From the human T2T-CHM13v2.0 reference genome, Homo sapiens, in NCBI RefSeq assembly GCF_009914755.1, contig NC_060936.1: a DNA stretch of 64,000 bases, one strand, 5' to 3'. Positions 13,138 to 30,197 of this stretch are shown here, one piece after another (the first letter of the stretch is position 1; each line of letters opens with the position of its first letter). Position numbers and translations under genes: made by a program. The notes below the pieces were generated by a model. It searched no databases and was not told the origin of the DNA. It saw only the letters and a list, made by a program, of their open reading frames with translations.

Positions 13138-14583
13138 CCCACTTTTTGATGGGATTGTTTATTTTTTTCCTGTAAATTTGTTTGAGTTCATTGTAGATTC
13201 TGGATATTAGCCCTTTGTCAGATGAGTAGATTGCAAAATTTTCTCCCATTCTGTAGGTTGCCTGTTCACTTTGATGGTAGTTTTCTTTTGCTGTGCAGAA
13301 GCTCTTTCGTTTAATTAGATCCCATTTGTCAGTTTTGGCTTTTGTTGCCATTGCTTTTGGTGTTTTAGACATGAAGTCCTTGCCCATGCCTATGTCCTGA
13401 ATGGTATTGCCCAGGTTTTCTTCTAGGGTTTTTATGGTTTTAGGTCTAACATTTAAGTCTTTAATCCATCTTGAATTGATTTTTGTATAAGGTGTAAGGA
13501 AGGGATCCAGTTTCAGCTTTCTACATATGGCTAGTCAGTTTTCCCAGCACCATTTATTAAATAGGGAATCCTTTCCCCATTTCTTGTTTTTGTCAGGTTT
13601 GTCAAAGATCAGATGGCTGTAGATATGTGGCATCATTTCTGAGGGCTCTGTTCTGTTCCATGGTCTATATCTCTGTTTTGGTACCAGTACCATGCTGTTT
13701 TGGTTACTGTAGCCTTGTAGTATAGTTTGAAGTCAGGTAGCGTGCCTCCGGCTCAAAAAGTGGGCAAAGATATGAACAGACACTTCTCAAAAGAAGACAT
13801 TTATGCAGCCAAAAGACACATGAAAAAATGCTCATCATCACTGGCCATCAGAGAAATGCAAATCAAAACCACAATGAGATACCATCTCACACCAGTTAGA
13901 ACGGCGATCATTAAAAAGTCAGGAAACAACAGGTGCTGGAGAGGATGTGGAGAAATAGGAACACTTTTACACTGTTGGTGGGACTGTAAACTAGTTCAAC
14001 CATTGTGGAAGTCAGTGTGGCGATTCCTCAGGGATCTAGAACTAGAAATGCCATTTGACCCAGCCATCCCATTACTGGGTATATACCAAAAGGATTATAA
14101 ATCATGCTGCTATAAAGACACATGCACATGTATGTTTATTATGGCACTATTCACAATAGCAAAGACTTGGAACCAAGCCAAATGTCCATCAATGATAGAC
14201 TGGATTAAGAAAATGTGGCACATATATACCATGGAATATTATGCAGCCATAAAAAATGATGAGTTCATGTCCTTTGTAGGGACATGGATGAAGCTGGAAA
14301 CCATCATTCTCAGCAAACTATCACAAGGACAAAAAACCAAACACCACGTTTTCACTCATAGGTGAGAATTGAACAATGAGAACACATGGACATAGGAAGG
14401 GGAACATCACACACCGGGGACTGTTGTGGGGTGGGGATAGGGGAGAGGGATAGCATTAGGAGATATACCTAATGTTAAATGACGAGTTAATGGGTGCAGC
14501 ACACCAACATGGCACGTGTATACATATGTAACAAACCTGCACATTGTGCACATGTACCCTAAAACTTAAAGTATAACAACAAA
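13138..14583 (+). mobile_element. 5'-truncated, 5'-inverted L1PA3/4-like insertion
   Basis: Antisense ORF2 at 13138-13753, sense ORF2 end plus 3'UTR and A tail at 13753-14583. TSD AAAGACTATTCTG (13125-13137) / AAAGAATATTCTG (14584-14596). Confidence 0.95.
13753..14365 (+). pseudogene. L1 ORF2p C-terminal cysteine-rich region remnant
   Basis: ORF 13727-14365 contains [26 protein letters not shown]. The frame starts at a TTG across the inversion junction, so it is not a real gene. Confidence 0.85.
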
Positions 14584-14799
14584 AAAGAATATTCTGGCTT
14601 TTTTCCATGTAACTTCCACCCTCAGTTTATTCTCAGCACAACAGCATATAAAATCTTTTAAAAATAAAAGATCTGTTGTGTCACTCCTTTCTTCAAAACC
14701 TTCCAATGGCTCCCCATTTCATGGAAAATGAAATCCAGTATCTTTTCAATAGCCTATTAGGCCTAGTACAATCACTCCCAAGAGAAAGTCTTAGACATA

Positions 14800-15160
14800 G
14801 AACTCTTAGCAGAAAAAAGTAGAATCTGATTAACAGGGGTGGGCGGGGGTGCCTTGGAGAGATATTGGTCAAAGTGTACACAGCTTCAGTTAGAAAGCAT
14901 GATTAAGTTCTGGAGATCTATTACAGAGTATGATGACTATAGTCAATAATAATGCACTCTATACTCGAAAATGGCTAAGAAGGTAGATTTTAAAAGTTCT
15001 AACCACAAAAAATGATAAGTTTGTAAGGTGACGGATAGCTTAATAAACTTGATGAATAACTTAATTAAATCATTGTGGATTTACTCATTCCAAAATGTAT
15101 ACATATACAAAAAATCATGCTGTATTCCATAAATAAATACAATAAAAATATTTTTAAATA
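14800..15160 (+). mobile_element. L1MA-like 3' end
   Basis: GAGATATTGGTCAAAG...AAGTTCTGGAGATCTATT...GACTATAGTCAATAATAATG...AATAAA. Confidence 0.75.
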
Positions 15161-15539
15161 AATGAAACAAATTTTTAAAGAGGTACCAAAAATTCAGTAA
15201 TCAAGCTAAATAATATTTAATGTAATAAACTAAAAATCAATATCAAACAAATATGTAACAAGGAAAATATCAAAAATTTAAATATAAGCAGATTACTCTT
15301 GTTAATTTATGACCCGGTATCATTGTGCAACTGGAACAGTTGTTTGTTATCAACTCTCTTTTCCTGGGTCTGGGCAGTGGTCGTCACTCCTTGCCTCGCA
15401 TGTTTATGAGAGTTCACAATGATTTGAAAATTGATTTAGCATCTGAGATTTACTATATAAATATATCTATTCTATAAGCATATATGTAATACATAAAGGT
15501 ATATGTGCATAACACACTATACATATATATAGGTCTATG

Positions 15540-17948
15540 CAGGCATACTTCATTTTATTGCACTTCACAGCTACTGTGTGTTTTTCAAATTGAAGGGTTG
15601 TGGCAACCCTGCATTGAGCACATCTTTTGGTGCCATTTTTCCACAAGCATGTGCTCACTTCATGTCTGTGTCACATTTTGGCAATTCTCACAATATTCAA
15701 ATTTTTTCATTATTATTATATCCGTAATGATTCTCCATGATCAGTGATCTTTGATGCTACTATTGTAATTGTTTTGGGGCACCACAAACTATACCCACAT
15801 AAGACAGCAAACTTAATTAATAAATGTTTTGTGTGTTCCAGCTGCTCTGCCAACGAGTTGTTTCCATGTTCTCTTTCCCTCTCAGATCTCTGAGGAGACA
15901 CAATATTGAAATCAGGTCAATTAATGACCCTACGATAGTCTCTAAGTGTTCAAGTGAAGAAAGAGTTATATGTCCCTTGCTTTAAGTCAAAGGTTCTAGG
16001 GCCCTTAAGAATTATGCTAAATCTACTCTGCCTGTGCTCCATTAATGAAAGTCAAGTCAAAAGCTAAAAATGATTAGCCTTAGGGAGGAAAGGCATGTCA
16101 AAAGCTGAGATAGGCCAAAAGCTCAACTTTTTGTGCCAAACTGTTAGCCAACTTGTAAATACAATGAAAAAGTTCTTGAAGGAAATTAAAAGTGCTGCTC
16201 TAGTGACCACACAAATGATAAGAAAGTAAAACAGCCTTTTTGCTAATAGGAAGAAAGTTTTAATGGTCTGAACAGAAGATCAAACCAGCCACAGCATTCC
16301 CTTAAGCCAAAGCCTAATCCAGAGCAATGTCTTTTCTTTGATTCTTCAAAGCTGAGAGAGTTGAGGAAACGCAGAAGAAAAGTTGGAAGCAAGCACAGAT
16401 TGGCTCATGAAGTTTTAGGAAGGAAGCTGTCTTCACAACATAAAATTGCAAGGTGAAGGAGCAAATTTTGATGAAGAAGCTGCAACAAGTTCTCCAGAAT
16501 ATCTAGTTAGGAGAATTGATGAAGGTGGCTATGCTAACAATAGATTATCAATGTAGATGAAATAGCCTTCCCTTGGAAGAAGATGCCATCCAGGACTTTC
16601 ATAATTAGAAGTCAATGCCTGACTTTGAAGATTCAAAGGACAGATTGGCTGTCTTGTTAGGGGATGATGTAGCTGATGACTTTAAGTTAAAGCCAACGCT
16701 CATTTGCCATAATGAAAATTCTAGGCCCCTTAAGAATTATGCTAAATCTCCTCTGCCCTTGCTCCATAAATAAAGCAACAAAGCCTGGATGACAGCACAT
16801 TTGCTTACAGCATGGTTTACTGAATATTTTAAGCTCACTGATGAGAGCTGCTGCTCAGAGAAAGAGATTTTTTAAAAAAATATTACTGCTCTTTGACAAT
16901 ATGCCTAGTCACCCAAGAGCTCTGATAGAGATATACTAGGAGATTAATGTGGTTTCCAAGCCTGCTAACACAAAATCCATTTTGCAGCCCATGGTCAAGT
17001 AGGAATTTTAGCTTTCAAGTCTCATTATTTAAGAAATACATTTCAGAAGGGTTTAACTTCCACAGATAACGATTCTTCTGATGGATCTGGACAAAATAAG
17101 TGAAAAGCTTTCTGGAAAGGATTTAATGCCATTCAGAATATTTATGATTCATGGATGGAGGTCAAAATATCAACAGGAGTTTGGAAGAAGTTGATTCCAA
17201 ACTTCCTGAGTGACTCTGAGGAGTTCAAGACATCAGGGGAGGAAATCGCTAAAGATGTGGTATAAGTAGCAAGAGAACTATGATTAGAAGTAAAGCCGGA
17301 AGATGTGACTAAATTGCTGCAATCTCATGATAAAATGTTAATGGATGAGGAATTGCTTCTTACGGATGAGTAAAGAGAGTGATTTCTTCACATGTAATCT
17401 ATTCCTGGTGAAGATGTTGTCAATGTTGTTTTAATGATCAAAGGGTTTATAATGTTACATGCACTATGTTGATAATGTAGTGGCCGGATTTGAGAGGATT
17501 GACTCCAATTCTTAAATTATACTGTGGATAAAATGACATCAAACAGCATTGCATGTTACAGAGAAATCTTTCATGAAAGGAAGAATCAAGTAATGTTATA
17601 AACTTCATTGTCGTCTTACTTTAAAAAATTGCCACAGCCACTTCAACCTTCAGCAACCACCACCTTGACCTGTCAGCAGCCATCAACATCAAGGCAAGGC
17701 TCCCCACCCGCAGAAAGATTATAATTTGCTGAAGGTTCAGATGATCATTAGTGTTTTTAACACTAAGGCATTTTTAAATGAAGTTATATATATATTGTAT
17801 TTTTAAACCCAATCCTATTGCACACTTAATAGATTACACTGTAGTGTAAACATAACTTTTATAAGCACTAAGAAACCAAAAAATATATGTGATTCGCTTT
17901 ATTGCCATGGTCTGGAACCAAGAACACAATATCTCTGATTTATGCCTG
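15540..17948 (+). mobile_element. Tigger1, near full length (~2.4 kb), decayed transposase
   Basis: TIRs CAGGCATA...TATGCCTG. Internal GGAAGAAGATGCCATCCAGGACTTTCATA and CCCTTAAGCCAAAGCCTAATCCAGAGC. No long ORF remains. Confidence 0.93.
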
Positions 17949-18312
17949 TGTGTGTGTGTTTCTATAGGGGCGTATGTGTAGGGAGATGTATGTTGTACAC
18001 ACATTATATACATAGGATGCATACATAGAGAGTGATGTATTATATGTGACATGTATCTCCATATATATATAGTATCTTTCTATCTCTATCACTCTTTTTC
18101 TCTCTACTTCAATATATACATATGTCTTCCTATATATATGTATATCTCTATATTTACTCCCATAGCATATATCTCCATGTATATATAAATTCTCACATAT
18201 AAATTTACCTATATATATATATCCATATATATCACTGTTTACACAGACATAGACAAAGCTCTAATGTATATTGTGTGTTTATGTACATAGCACATAAATG
18301 TATGTGTGTATA
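17949..18312. repeat. Degenerate (TA)/(TG)/(CA) low-complexity tract
   Basis: Runs of TATATA, TGTGTG and CATA between the two Tigger elements. Confidence 0.7.
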
Positions 18313-19522
18313 CAGTCATGTGTCACATAATAGTGTTTTGATCAACAACAGACCTCATTTATAATCTTTGTCTCATAGATTATAATAGAGCGGAAAAAAT
18401 TCTATCATCTAGTGACACCATAACTGTTGTAACTAACATTCCTAGTTCAATGGATTACTCAAGTGTCTGTGGTGATGCTCACGTAAAAAAAAAGCTATTG
18501 AGCTGCTAATTATATAAATGTATAACATATACAATTATGCATAATACATAATACTTGATAATGATAATAACTGACTATCACTAGTTTATGTATTTACTAT
18601 GTCATACTTTTCATTGCTATTTTACAATGTACTTCTTCTACTTATAAAAAAATAGTTACATAAAATAGCCTCAGTCAGGTCCTTTAGGAGGTACTCCAGA
18701 AGAATGCATTGTTATCACTGGAGATGACAGTTCAATGCATGTTATTGCCCTTGAAGACTTTCCAGTGGGACAAGATGTGGAGGTGGAACAGTGATATTTA
18801 TTGATGATTCTGACTCTGTATAGGTTTCCTATGTATGTGTTCCATCATCTTTTTTAACAAAAAAGAAATAGTTTTAAAGGTACAAAAAAAAAGATAGAAA
18901 CATAGCTTATAGATTAAGAATATAAAGAAAGAAACTATTTTTGTATAGCTGTAAGATGTGTTTGGGCTTTAAGACAAGAGTTATTACAAAAGGTTAAAAA
19001 ATTTTCAAATAATAAGCTTATACTCTATAAAAGTTATAGTAAGCTAAGGCTAAATTATTATTGAATAAAGGATTTTTAATAAATTTGTATATCCTGTGTG
19101 TATAGTGTTGATAAAACCTACAGTAGTGTACAGTTATGTCCTCGGCCTTCACATTCTCTTACCCCTCACTCACTGACTCATCCAGAACAACTTCCAGTCT
19201 TACAAGCTTCGTTCATGGTAAGTGCCCTATATAGGTATACCACATTTTCTATTTTGTATTATATTTTTACTGTACCTTTTCTATGTTTAGATAGGTTTAG
19301 ATACACAAATAATTACTATTGTGTTATAATTGCCTACAGTATTCAATACAGTAACATGCTATACAGGTTTTAGCCTAGGAGCAAAAGGCTACACCATGTA
19401 ACATAGGTGTGTAGGATGTATACCATCAGGTTTGTGTGAGTAAACTCTATGATACAAGGACAAAAAATTGCCACTGATGCATTTCTCAGAATGTACATGT
19501 GTCATTAAGCAATGCATGACTA
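18313..19522 (+). mobile_element. Tigger3b (Golem-type) element, ~1.2 kb
   Basis: TA|CAGTCATGTGTCACATAA...TTAAGCAATGCATGACTA|TA termini. Internal CCAGTGGGACAAGATGTGGAGGTGGAA. Confidence 0.88.
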
Positions 19523-19836
19523 TACTATGCTGTTTACTTATTCATTATAGTTAGTTTCTACTTAAAATTGAAAGTACCAAAAGACCAGGTTTTTAAAAGA
19601 AATCTCTGATGTAGCTCAGGCATAGCTATGTCTGCAATTTCACAGATGTAGTAGGTGCTACTAAATATTGGTTGAATATTTATTGAATATATATGATAGA
19701 CATTAATTTTGATTGCTTTTTAGGGTACGTATGCTGTCATATATTTTCAGTTCTGTGCTATACTAGTGATTCTTTTTATCTAATATCCTGAAGTTTTAAC
19801 TTTAAAGCTAATCTTGGTGAGAATTATCAATCAATC

Positions 19837-19843
<7 letters not shown>

Positions 19844-19876
<33 letters not shown>
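19844..19876. repeat. (TG)n microsatellite
   Basis: About 16 uninterrupted TG units. Confidence 0.95.
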
Positions 19877-19884
<8 letters not shown>

Positions 19885-19984
19885 TTAATAATGCATAGTA
19901 GGTATTCAATAAAATGCAGGTGATTTTTGGTATAGTGTACTTGGAGCAAAAGGATGACAAAAGCTTTGTAATAATTTTCTTTTT

Positions 19985-20785
19985 TTTTCAGATTTTTTTT
20001 GAAGTGAGATTCACATAGTATAACACTTACAATTTAAAAATGAACAATTGAGTAGCACTGGGCACCTTCACAGTGTTGTACAACCATCACCTCTATCTAA
20101 TTCTAAAACATTTTCATTACCTGAAAAGAAAACCTTTCAAACATTAAGCATCTTTCTTCTCTCCAGTCCCTGGCAACCACCAATCTGTGTTCTGTCTCTT
20201 ATGGACTTATCTGTTCTAGATATTTCATATAAAGGGAATCATACAATATGTGACCCTTTGTGTTGGGCTTCTTTCACTTAGCATGTTTTTGAGGTTCATC
20301 CACATGGTAGATGTATCAGTACTTCATCCCTTTTAATGGCTGAGTAATATTTCATTCTGCAATATACAAGAGTTTGTTTCTCCATTTATTCATTGATGGG
20401 CATTTGAACTGTTTTCATTTTTTGGATGTTGTAAATAGTACTGCTGTGACCATGTATATACATTTAATTTTTTGAATTATTTGGGGTATGTACCTAGGAG
20501 TAGAATTGCTGGGTCATATGATAATTCCATGTTTAATTTTTTGAGGAGCTGTCGAGCTCTTTTCTTCAGTGGCTGCACTATTTACACTCCCACCAGCAAT
20601 ATACAAGAGTTCAAATTCTTCCACTTCCTTGCCAAAACTCTTTATTTTCCATTTTTAAAATTATCATTCTAGTGAAAGTGAAGTGGTACTTCACTTTGGT
20701 CTTAATATGTATTTCCCTAATGACTAATGATTTTGCACTTCTTTTCATGTGCTTGTTAACCATTTGTACATCTTAGGAGATCCAA
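19985..20785 (-). mobile_element. L1MB-like 3' fragment
   Basis: CACAGTGTTGTACAACCATCACCTCTATC, CCCTGGCAACCACCAATCTG and CCTAGGAGTAGAATTGCTGGGTCATATG. Confidence 0.85.
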
Positions 20786-20829
20786 ATGTTATTATTTTTT
20801 AAATTTTATTCAGATACACGTTATTCATA

Positions 20830-25177
<4,348 letters not shown>

Positions 25178-25664
25178 GGAAGTTTTGTAAAAACTTTCTG
25201 TAGAAAAATGCAATGTTACTTTCTCAATTGAAAAAAAAATTATTATAGAAATAATTTCGATCTCTATGTAGCCTTTCCTTCAATTTTTTTAAAATAATAA
25301 GATATGTAAATCAGATGAGTCTGATGGTATTTAAGCTGGCATTTTGGACTGGTAGGTGTCTGATTGCCTGTTATAAGTAAAAAATTATAAATCTTAACTG
25401 ATTATCTTAAGAAAGATATTCATACTAAGGTTATTGCATTATTTTATCATTTTTATAGGCAATGATACAAACATGATCAAATCTGCTCGTTACTCAAAAT
25501 AACTGTGTAGCTTTCCTCCACTGTCTCAAGACCAAAACTGAAAGGCTTTTGCATGGCTTCTGCGTATTTAGCTAAAACAACCTGTGGCTTTCTAAAACAC
25601 ATCAACCATGCTCAAACTCAGAAGCCTTTGACCATATTATTTTTCTGTTTATTTGAAATATTTA

Positions 25665-26527
25665 CTGTGGCAAACCTCATCAGTAGTCCCCCCCAAATCT
25701 ATTTTCTCTCTCTCCAGGTCTTTCAGTCTCCGCTGCAGTTAAGTACAGCACGGGATGAAGTTCTGTGAGACAATGAAATGCATGCCACTTCTAAGTCTGG
25801 CATATAAATCTTCCACAAGCACTCCTCCAAGCTCTGTTTATTTAACTGATTAGAACAACTTTGTAAAGGGTTAATCTTAGAAGTCACACATTAAAAATTC
25901 CAAGTAACCATTAGTCTGAGTATGAGAATAGTTGTATAAAGAAGACTTCCTTGCTGTAAATTAACCTGCCCCGGATGTACTTATGAAAGAGATAAATGTC
26001 TTGCTCTACTACCATTGAAACAGAAATAGATGACATTGTTACTGGATTTTTTAGTGTGAACATTATCAGAATAATCATGAAGTCATTTGTCTTAACAAAC
26101 AAACAAAAACTCTTCTGACAAATAGAGCTAGGTAAGGGTATAAAAAGGGTTCCCAAGCTTGTATGCCTGATAACAAAACCATCACAAAAAACATTGCAGA
26201 AACCACAACCTTGCACAAAGGCCATTACAACGTTAAAAAAAATGCTGGGAGGACATCTGCCCAGCAACTGCCTGTCTAACCTCAGACTTGTGTCACTCTT
26301 ATTGATTTGTGTAGCCAAGGATAATCATTTCAAAGCAATCATGTAATCCTTGTCATTTTTCCTTTGAAAACCCTTTGTCTTTCTTTACCTTCCTGAATAC
26401 ACACATAAGTTACTCTGGCATGTGTGTTCTCACTGCAACATCCTATTGAAGAATAAATATCTCATTTTTTTAGGGAACATTTCTCTGTTTATAATGTAGG
26501 TTTACATTAGCTTATCCTAATATACTG
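25665..26527 (+). mobile_element. Old MaLR/ERVL LTR split by an ERV1 solo LTR
   Basis: GCAGTTAAG...GAAGTTCTG...GCCACTTCTAAGTCTGGC. The 3' end resumes after 26510 (CTTATCCTAATATAC). Confidence 0.45.
26055..26506 (+). mobile_element. ERV1-class solo LTR (LTR37-like)
   Basis: TG...CA ends, 4-bp TSD TTAG on both sides, GGACATCTGCCCAGCAACTGCCTG, and AATAAA at ~26452. Confidence 0.8.
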
Positions 26528-26554
26528 CTAACAAATACCCAATGCCTACATCTA

Positions 26555-26820
26555 TTAAGTAGATGTCTTCCCTGACTTTTACCCAACTCCCAAGGCAGAA
26601 CTGGAGTTCTGTGTTCCCACTGAAATAGCTATGATTATTCCACAGATAAATTACAACATTCAATGGTAAATATTTTTATATTTGTCTTCGTCTTACTATT
26701 GAACTCTTAAAGGATAAGGATTTAATTTTCCACTCTCAGAGTCTCAGATGCAGAGTATCTAGAACACTCTAAATCCTGAATATTTATTGCTTTATTAATA
26801 CATAAACAAATGAATCAATG
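26555..26820 (+). mobile_element. L2 3' end relic
   Basis: CTTCCCTGAC...GAACTCTTAAAGGATAAGGA...AATATTTATTG...AATGAAT. Confidence 0.55.
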
Positions 26821-29059
26821 GCCTCAGAAATAATGCATACTTAATTCTACTCAGCAGCACTTTCAAAATTAAAATATTAGTTCATTGAATCTTTAAAAAC
26901 TGCAAAATACCTTCTACATATTTCTTATTTTTTTTCTGTCCCTCTTTCTCCAGTCAAATACCACCACCACCACCAACAAAACAGAAATCCTACACAGATA
27001 TATCCACATGAAAACAATGTCTTTTTAGAATCCAGATGTTCACATTACAGATTATTATGGACTTTCAGAAGTTCATCTTGTCAAATAAAGTTTGCATTTT
27101 CATAACATTCATTATTTAATGTAGACCATAGTGAATGTAGTAGAATACAAACTCTAATAAAAATTGTTTTATTCAAAATGCTATTTTTCTCCTTCAGTTA
27201 CAAATGAGAAATGCTTTAAATTTATATTGGAAGCACACATCAGTATGGTAAGGACATAGCCTTCAAAAGGTCAGTTGTTATTGTGTACAAGGAAACCGTA
27301 ACAAAATTTCATTGCTCATTCTCTTGTAGGGGTTAATTAGTCAAATCTGCAATGCCACTTAGTAATTTTCACACACATCACATAGTTCAAGTGCACACAC
27401 CACAAAGCAATTACACAGCAGTGAAAATTTGACAAAGGAGAAAAGCAAGATCAAATTCAGTAATGTCTACTTCTTTCTTCTAAAAATAATACCTTTGGCT
27501 CGAAACAGTCTCCTGCCTGTTAGATTACTCTATATTGGAAAACAGAGTGCCGAGAGAGAAAAGAGAAAAAATGGTATATCAAGAAGTAGAACTAGTAATA
27601 ACATCTACTGAATTATATGGTTCCAGAATATTGTAAATCACAGAAAAATGTAGCAAAACAGTAGAACTATAAGAAAATGAACATATGGAGTAAAAACATA
27701 AGCAGATAAACACTTTTTCTGTCTTATGCTTTGAATTTTTTTTAAAATCTCCATTAGTTCTTTGGAGTAATTGTGCAATATTTTTCAATGATTTCTTTTC
27801 GATAGTACCCTCTGATACTTAGAATTTCAACAGTCTAGTTTTATATCAAGGGATAACGTGATTCAACAATTATATATCTATTTATTTTCACTCTTTGTTT
27901 CCCCCATTTTAAAATGCCTACTTTTCCTGATGGCTTGCCAACATTTCCAATTCCATTAGAAGGCATTATTTCAATACAAAAGCACTCTTTTAGTTTGCTT
28001 ATAATGAATGGGAATATTTATAGGTGTACATTTCTTAAATGGCATGTTTTCTATAAAATTTACATTTGAAAGAATTGTTTTATAAATTTGAATAACTATT
28101 GCACATATATAATTTTCAATTTGTTTGAAAACAATATATTTAAGCAAGAAGATAATAAATATTTACTTCATCTATACTGTACAATAAACTCTGAGTTTCT
28201 ATTGCATTAGGGTAAGACCACGGTATAAATAATCTAAACCCATTTTAACATATTATTGAAGTATATTGTGTTTCAATTCCACAATATATATAATTTATAT
28301 TTGGTGGAATTTAGTAAACTTCAGTATGACTTCACATTGTTGGATGTTAAAAGAATAAATATTTAATATTTTCTCTTCGATTGTTTATTTGGGATATCTA
28401 TCACCAATAGTCAGAGTTGGTTCCTTCTTTCCTTACTCATATTCTTTTTGTATTTTTCCCTCAACAAAAGAGAAGTACTATATAATATAAAAATTTCAAG
28501 TAGCTCCTAATATTTCTAGATATAATCTCAAAAGCCATCATCTTTGAAGTTACTTACAGAAATAATTGGTTTTTAATTTTTTAAAGTACTTTTCAATGAG
28601 TGAATAAATGAAAAAGAAATACTTAACAGGAAACATTTAAAATAGTAAAATTGGATTGTCTGACTTTGCTGTGCCTCCACAATTTTCACCAAATTTATTA
28701 GTTATTCTATATCTATTTATATTTTCATTTAACTAGCATTTACTAATTTTATTTCTTGAACATATGCAATCAACATTGGAAGTAATTCTAAAAGCATTCA
28801 TGCCAACAGTGAGAAGCTAGCCTGAAATTAGGACTTTGTTTCAGTTTATATACACATCCAGCCAGTAACCATATACGTTCAATAAATGAATTTAAAACAA
28901 TTCTAGGTCTATCCAAAATTTAGCGACACCATTAAATCCTACCTTTTATTTCCAAGATTGTCAACAGAACATTCCATGAAGAATGTATCCCAGAAGAAGA
29001 CATCTGATAGAGAATCATAAAAGTCAAAATAGCATGGCCTACTATTAGGTACAATTATA

Positions 29060-29225
29060 AAATCTGATTGATAAGGAAAGAAATAGAAAGGTTACATATA
29101 TAAAATAGATGTGAAGAGATAGAGTTAGATAAACATAGATTTGGGTATAGATGGAAATATAGATGAGAAGATTTAGAAATATATTTAGAAGAATGTATAG
29201 GTACAGATAAAAATATAGATACCAA
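29060..29225. repeat. Degenerate (TAGA/TAGATA)n low-complexity tract
   Basis: Repeated ATAGAT/ATAGA units. Confidence 0.6.
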
Positions 29226-30143
29226 TTCAAAATCAACTTTTTACCATCTCTCCAGTCCATGAAAGAGAAGAAGTATCTTTGGGTCTTGGAGAATTGGGGA
29301 GAAGAATCTGAGCATGCTCAATGGGCACTCTTCCTCTTATTTCTTCTGGATCCTGTCTGTGCAGAGAAAAGCATGTGTTCACGTTGGATATTTTCTGTGT
29401 GGTAAGAGTGATGACCCTGCCTGGGAAATGTGAATGCACATGCGACTCAGTGAATAAATGAATCTCATTACAAGTATTATAAACTGTATATCTCAGTCCA
29501 GTCTATCACTAATAAAGCTAATCGTTCAACTTCTAAGTTTGGAGAAACTAGCTCTTAACTTGTTTTGCACTCAGCTGTGTTGGAGGGATGTTATTTATTG
29601 TCCCAGAAGATAACCGTTTTGCATCCTCATAATACATAAATATATTATTTTCTTAGAAACAAAATGGAAATATATTTCCTGTCAGTTTGCATACCAAATA
29701 ATGCTTCATATACAATATAGATGTTCTAACAAGTGTAAAATGACACACTGGGTAAGAAATAAAATTAATAATTTACTTGGGAAATACATTTTTTAAAAAT
29801 TCTGAATATATAATGGCATCTTTGACTAACTTTATTGATTGAAACTTTTCACCTATTCTTTGTGACAGCTAAGTACTGGGAAAGGGGACACCCCCAATCT
29901 GAGACTTATTAATGCATGTGTCCTATATAAATAAAACCCTAAATAAAATTTATTTCACCCATTAGCAGGACACTATGTATTCCATCTAACCTCTGATTAA
30001 AAAAAATAAAATTTTAGGTGGAAAAAAAGGACTGATACGATGTGTAAAGCACTGTTTTTGGTGCTAAAGGGCTCACAGAAGTGCACAAGCCAAGATCCCT
30101 TCATTCTAAGGGTTGAGAAAAATTAAAACAAAAATGATTTCTC

Positions 30144-30156
30144 ATCTATCTATCTA

Positions 30157-30196
<40 letters not shown>
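30144..30196. repeat. Compound (TCTA)n(TCTG)n microsatellite
   Basis: Read directly from the sequence. Confidence 0.92.
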
Positions 30197-30197
<1 letters not shown>

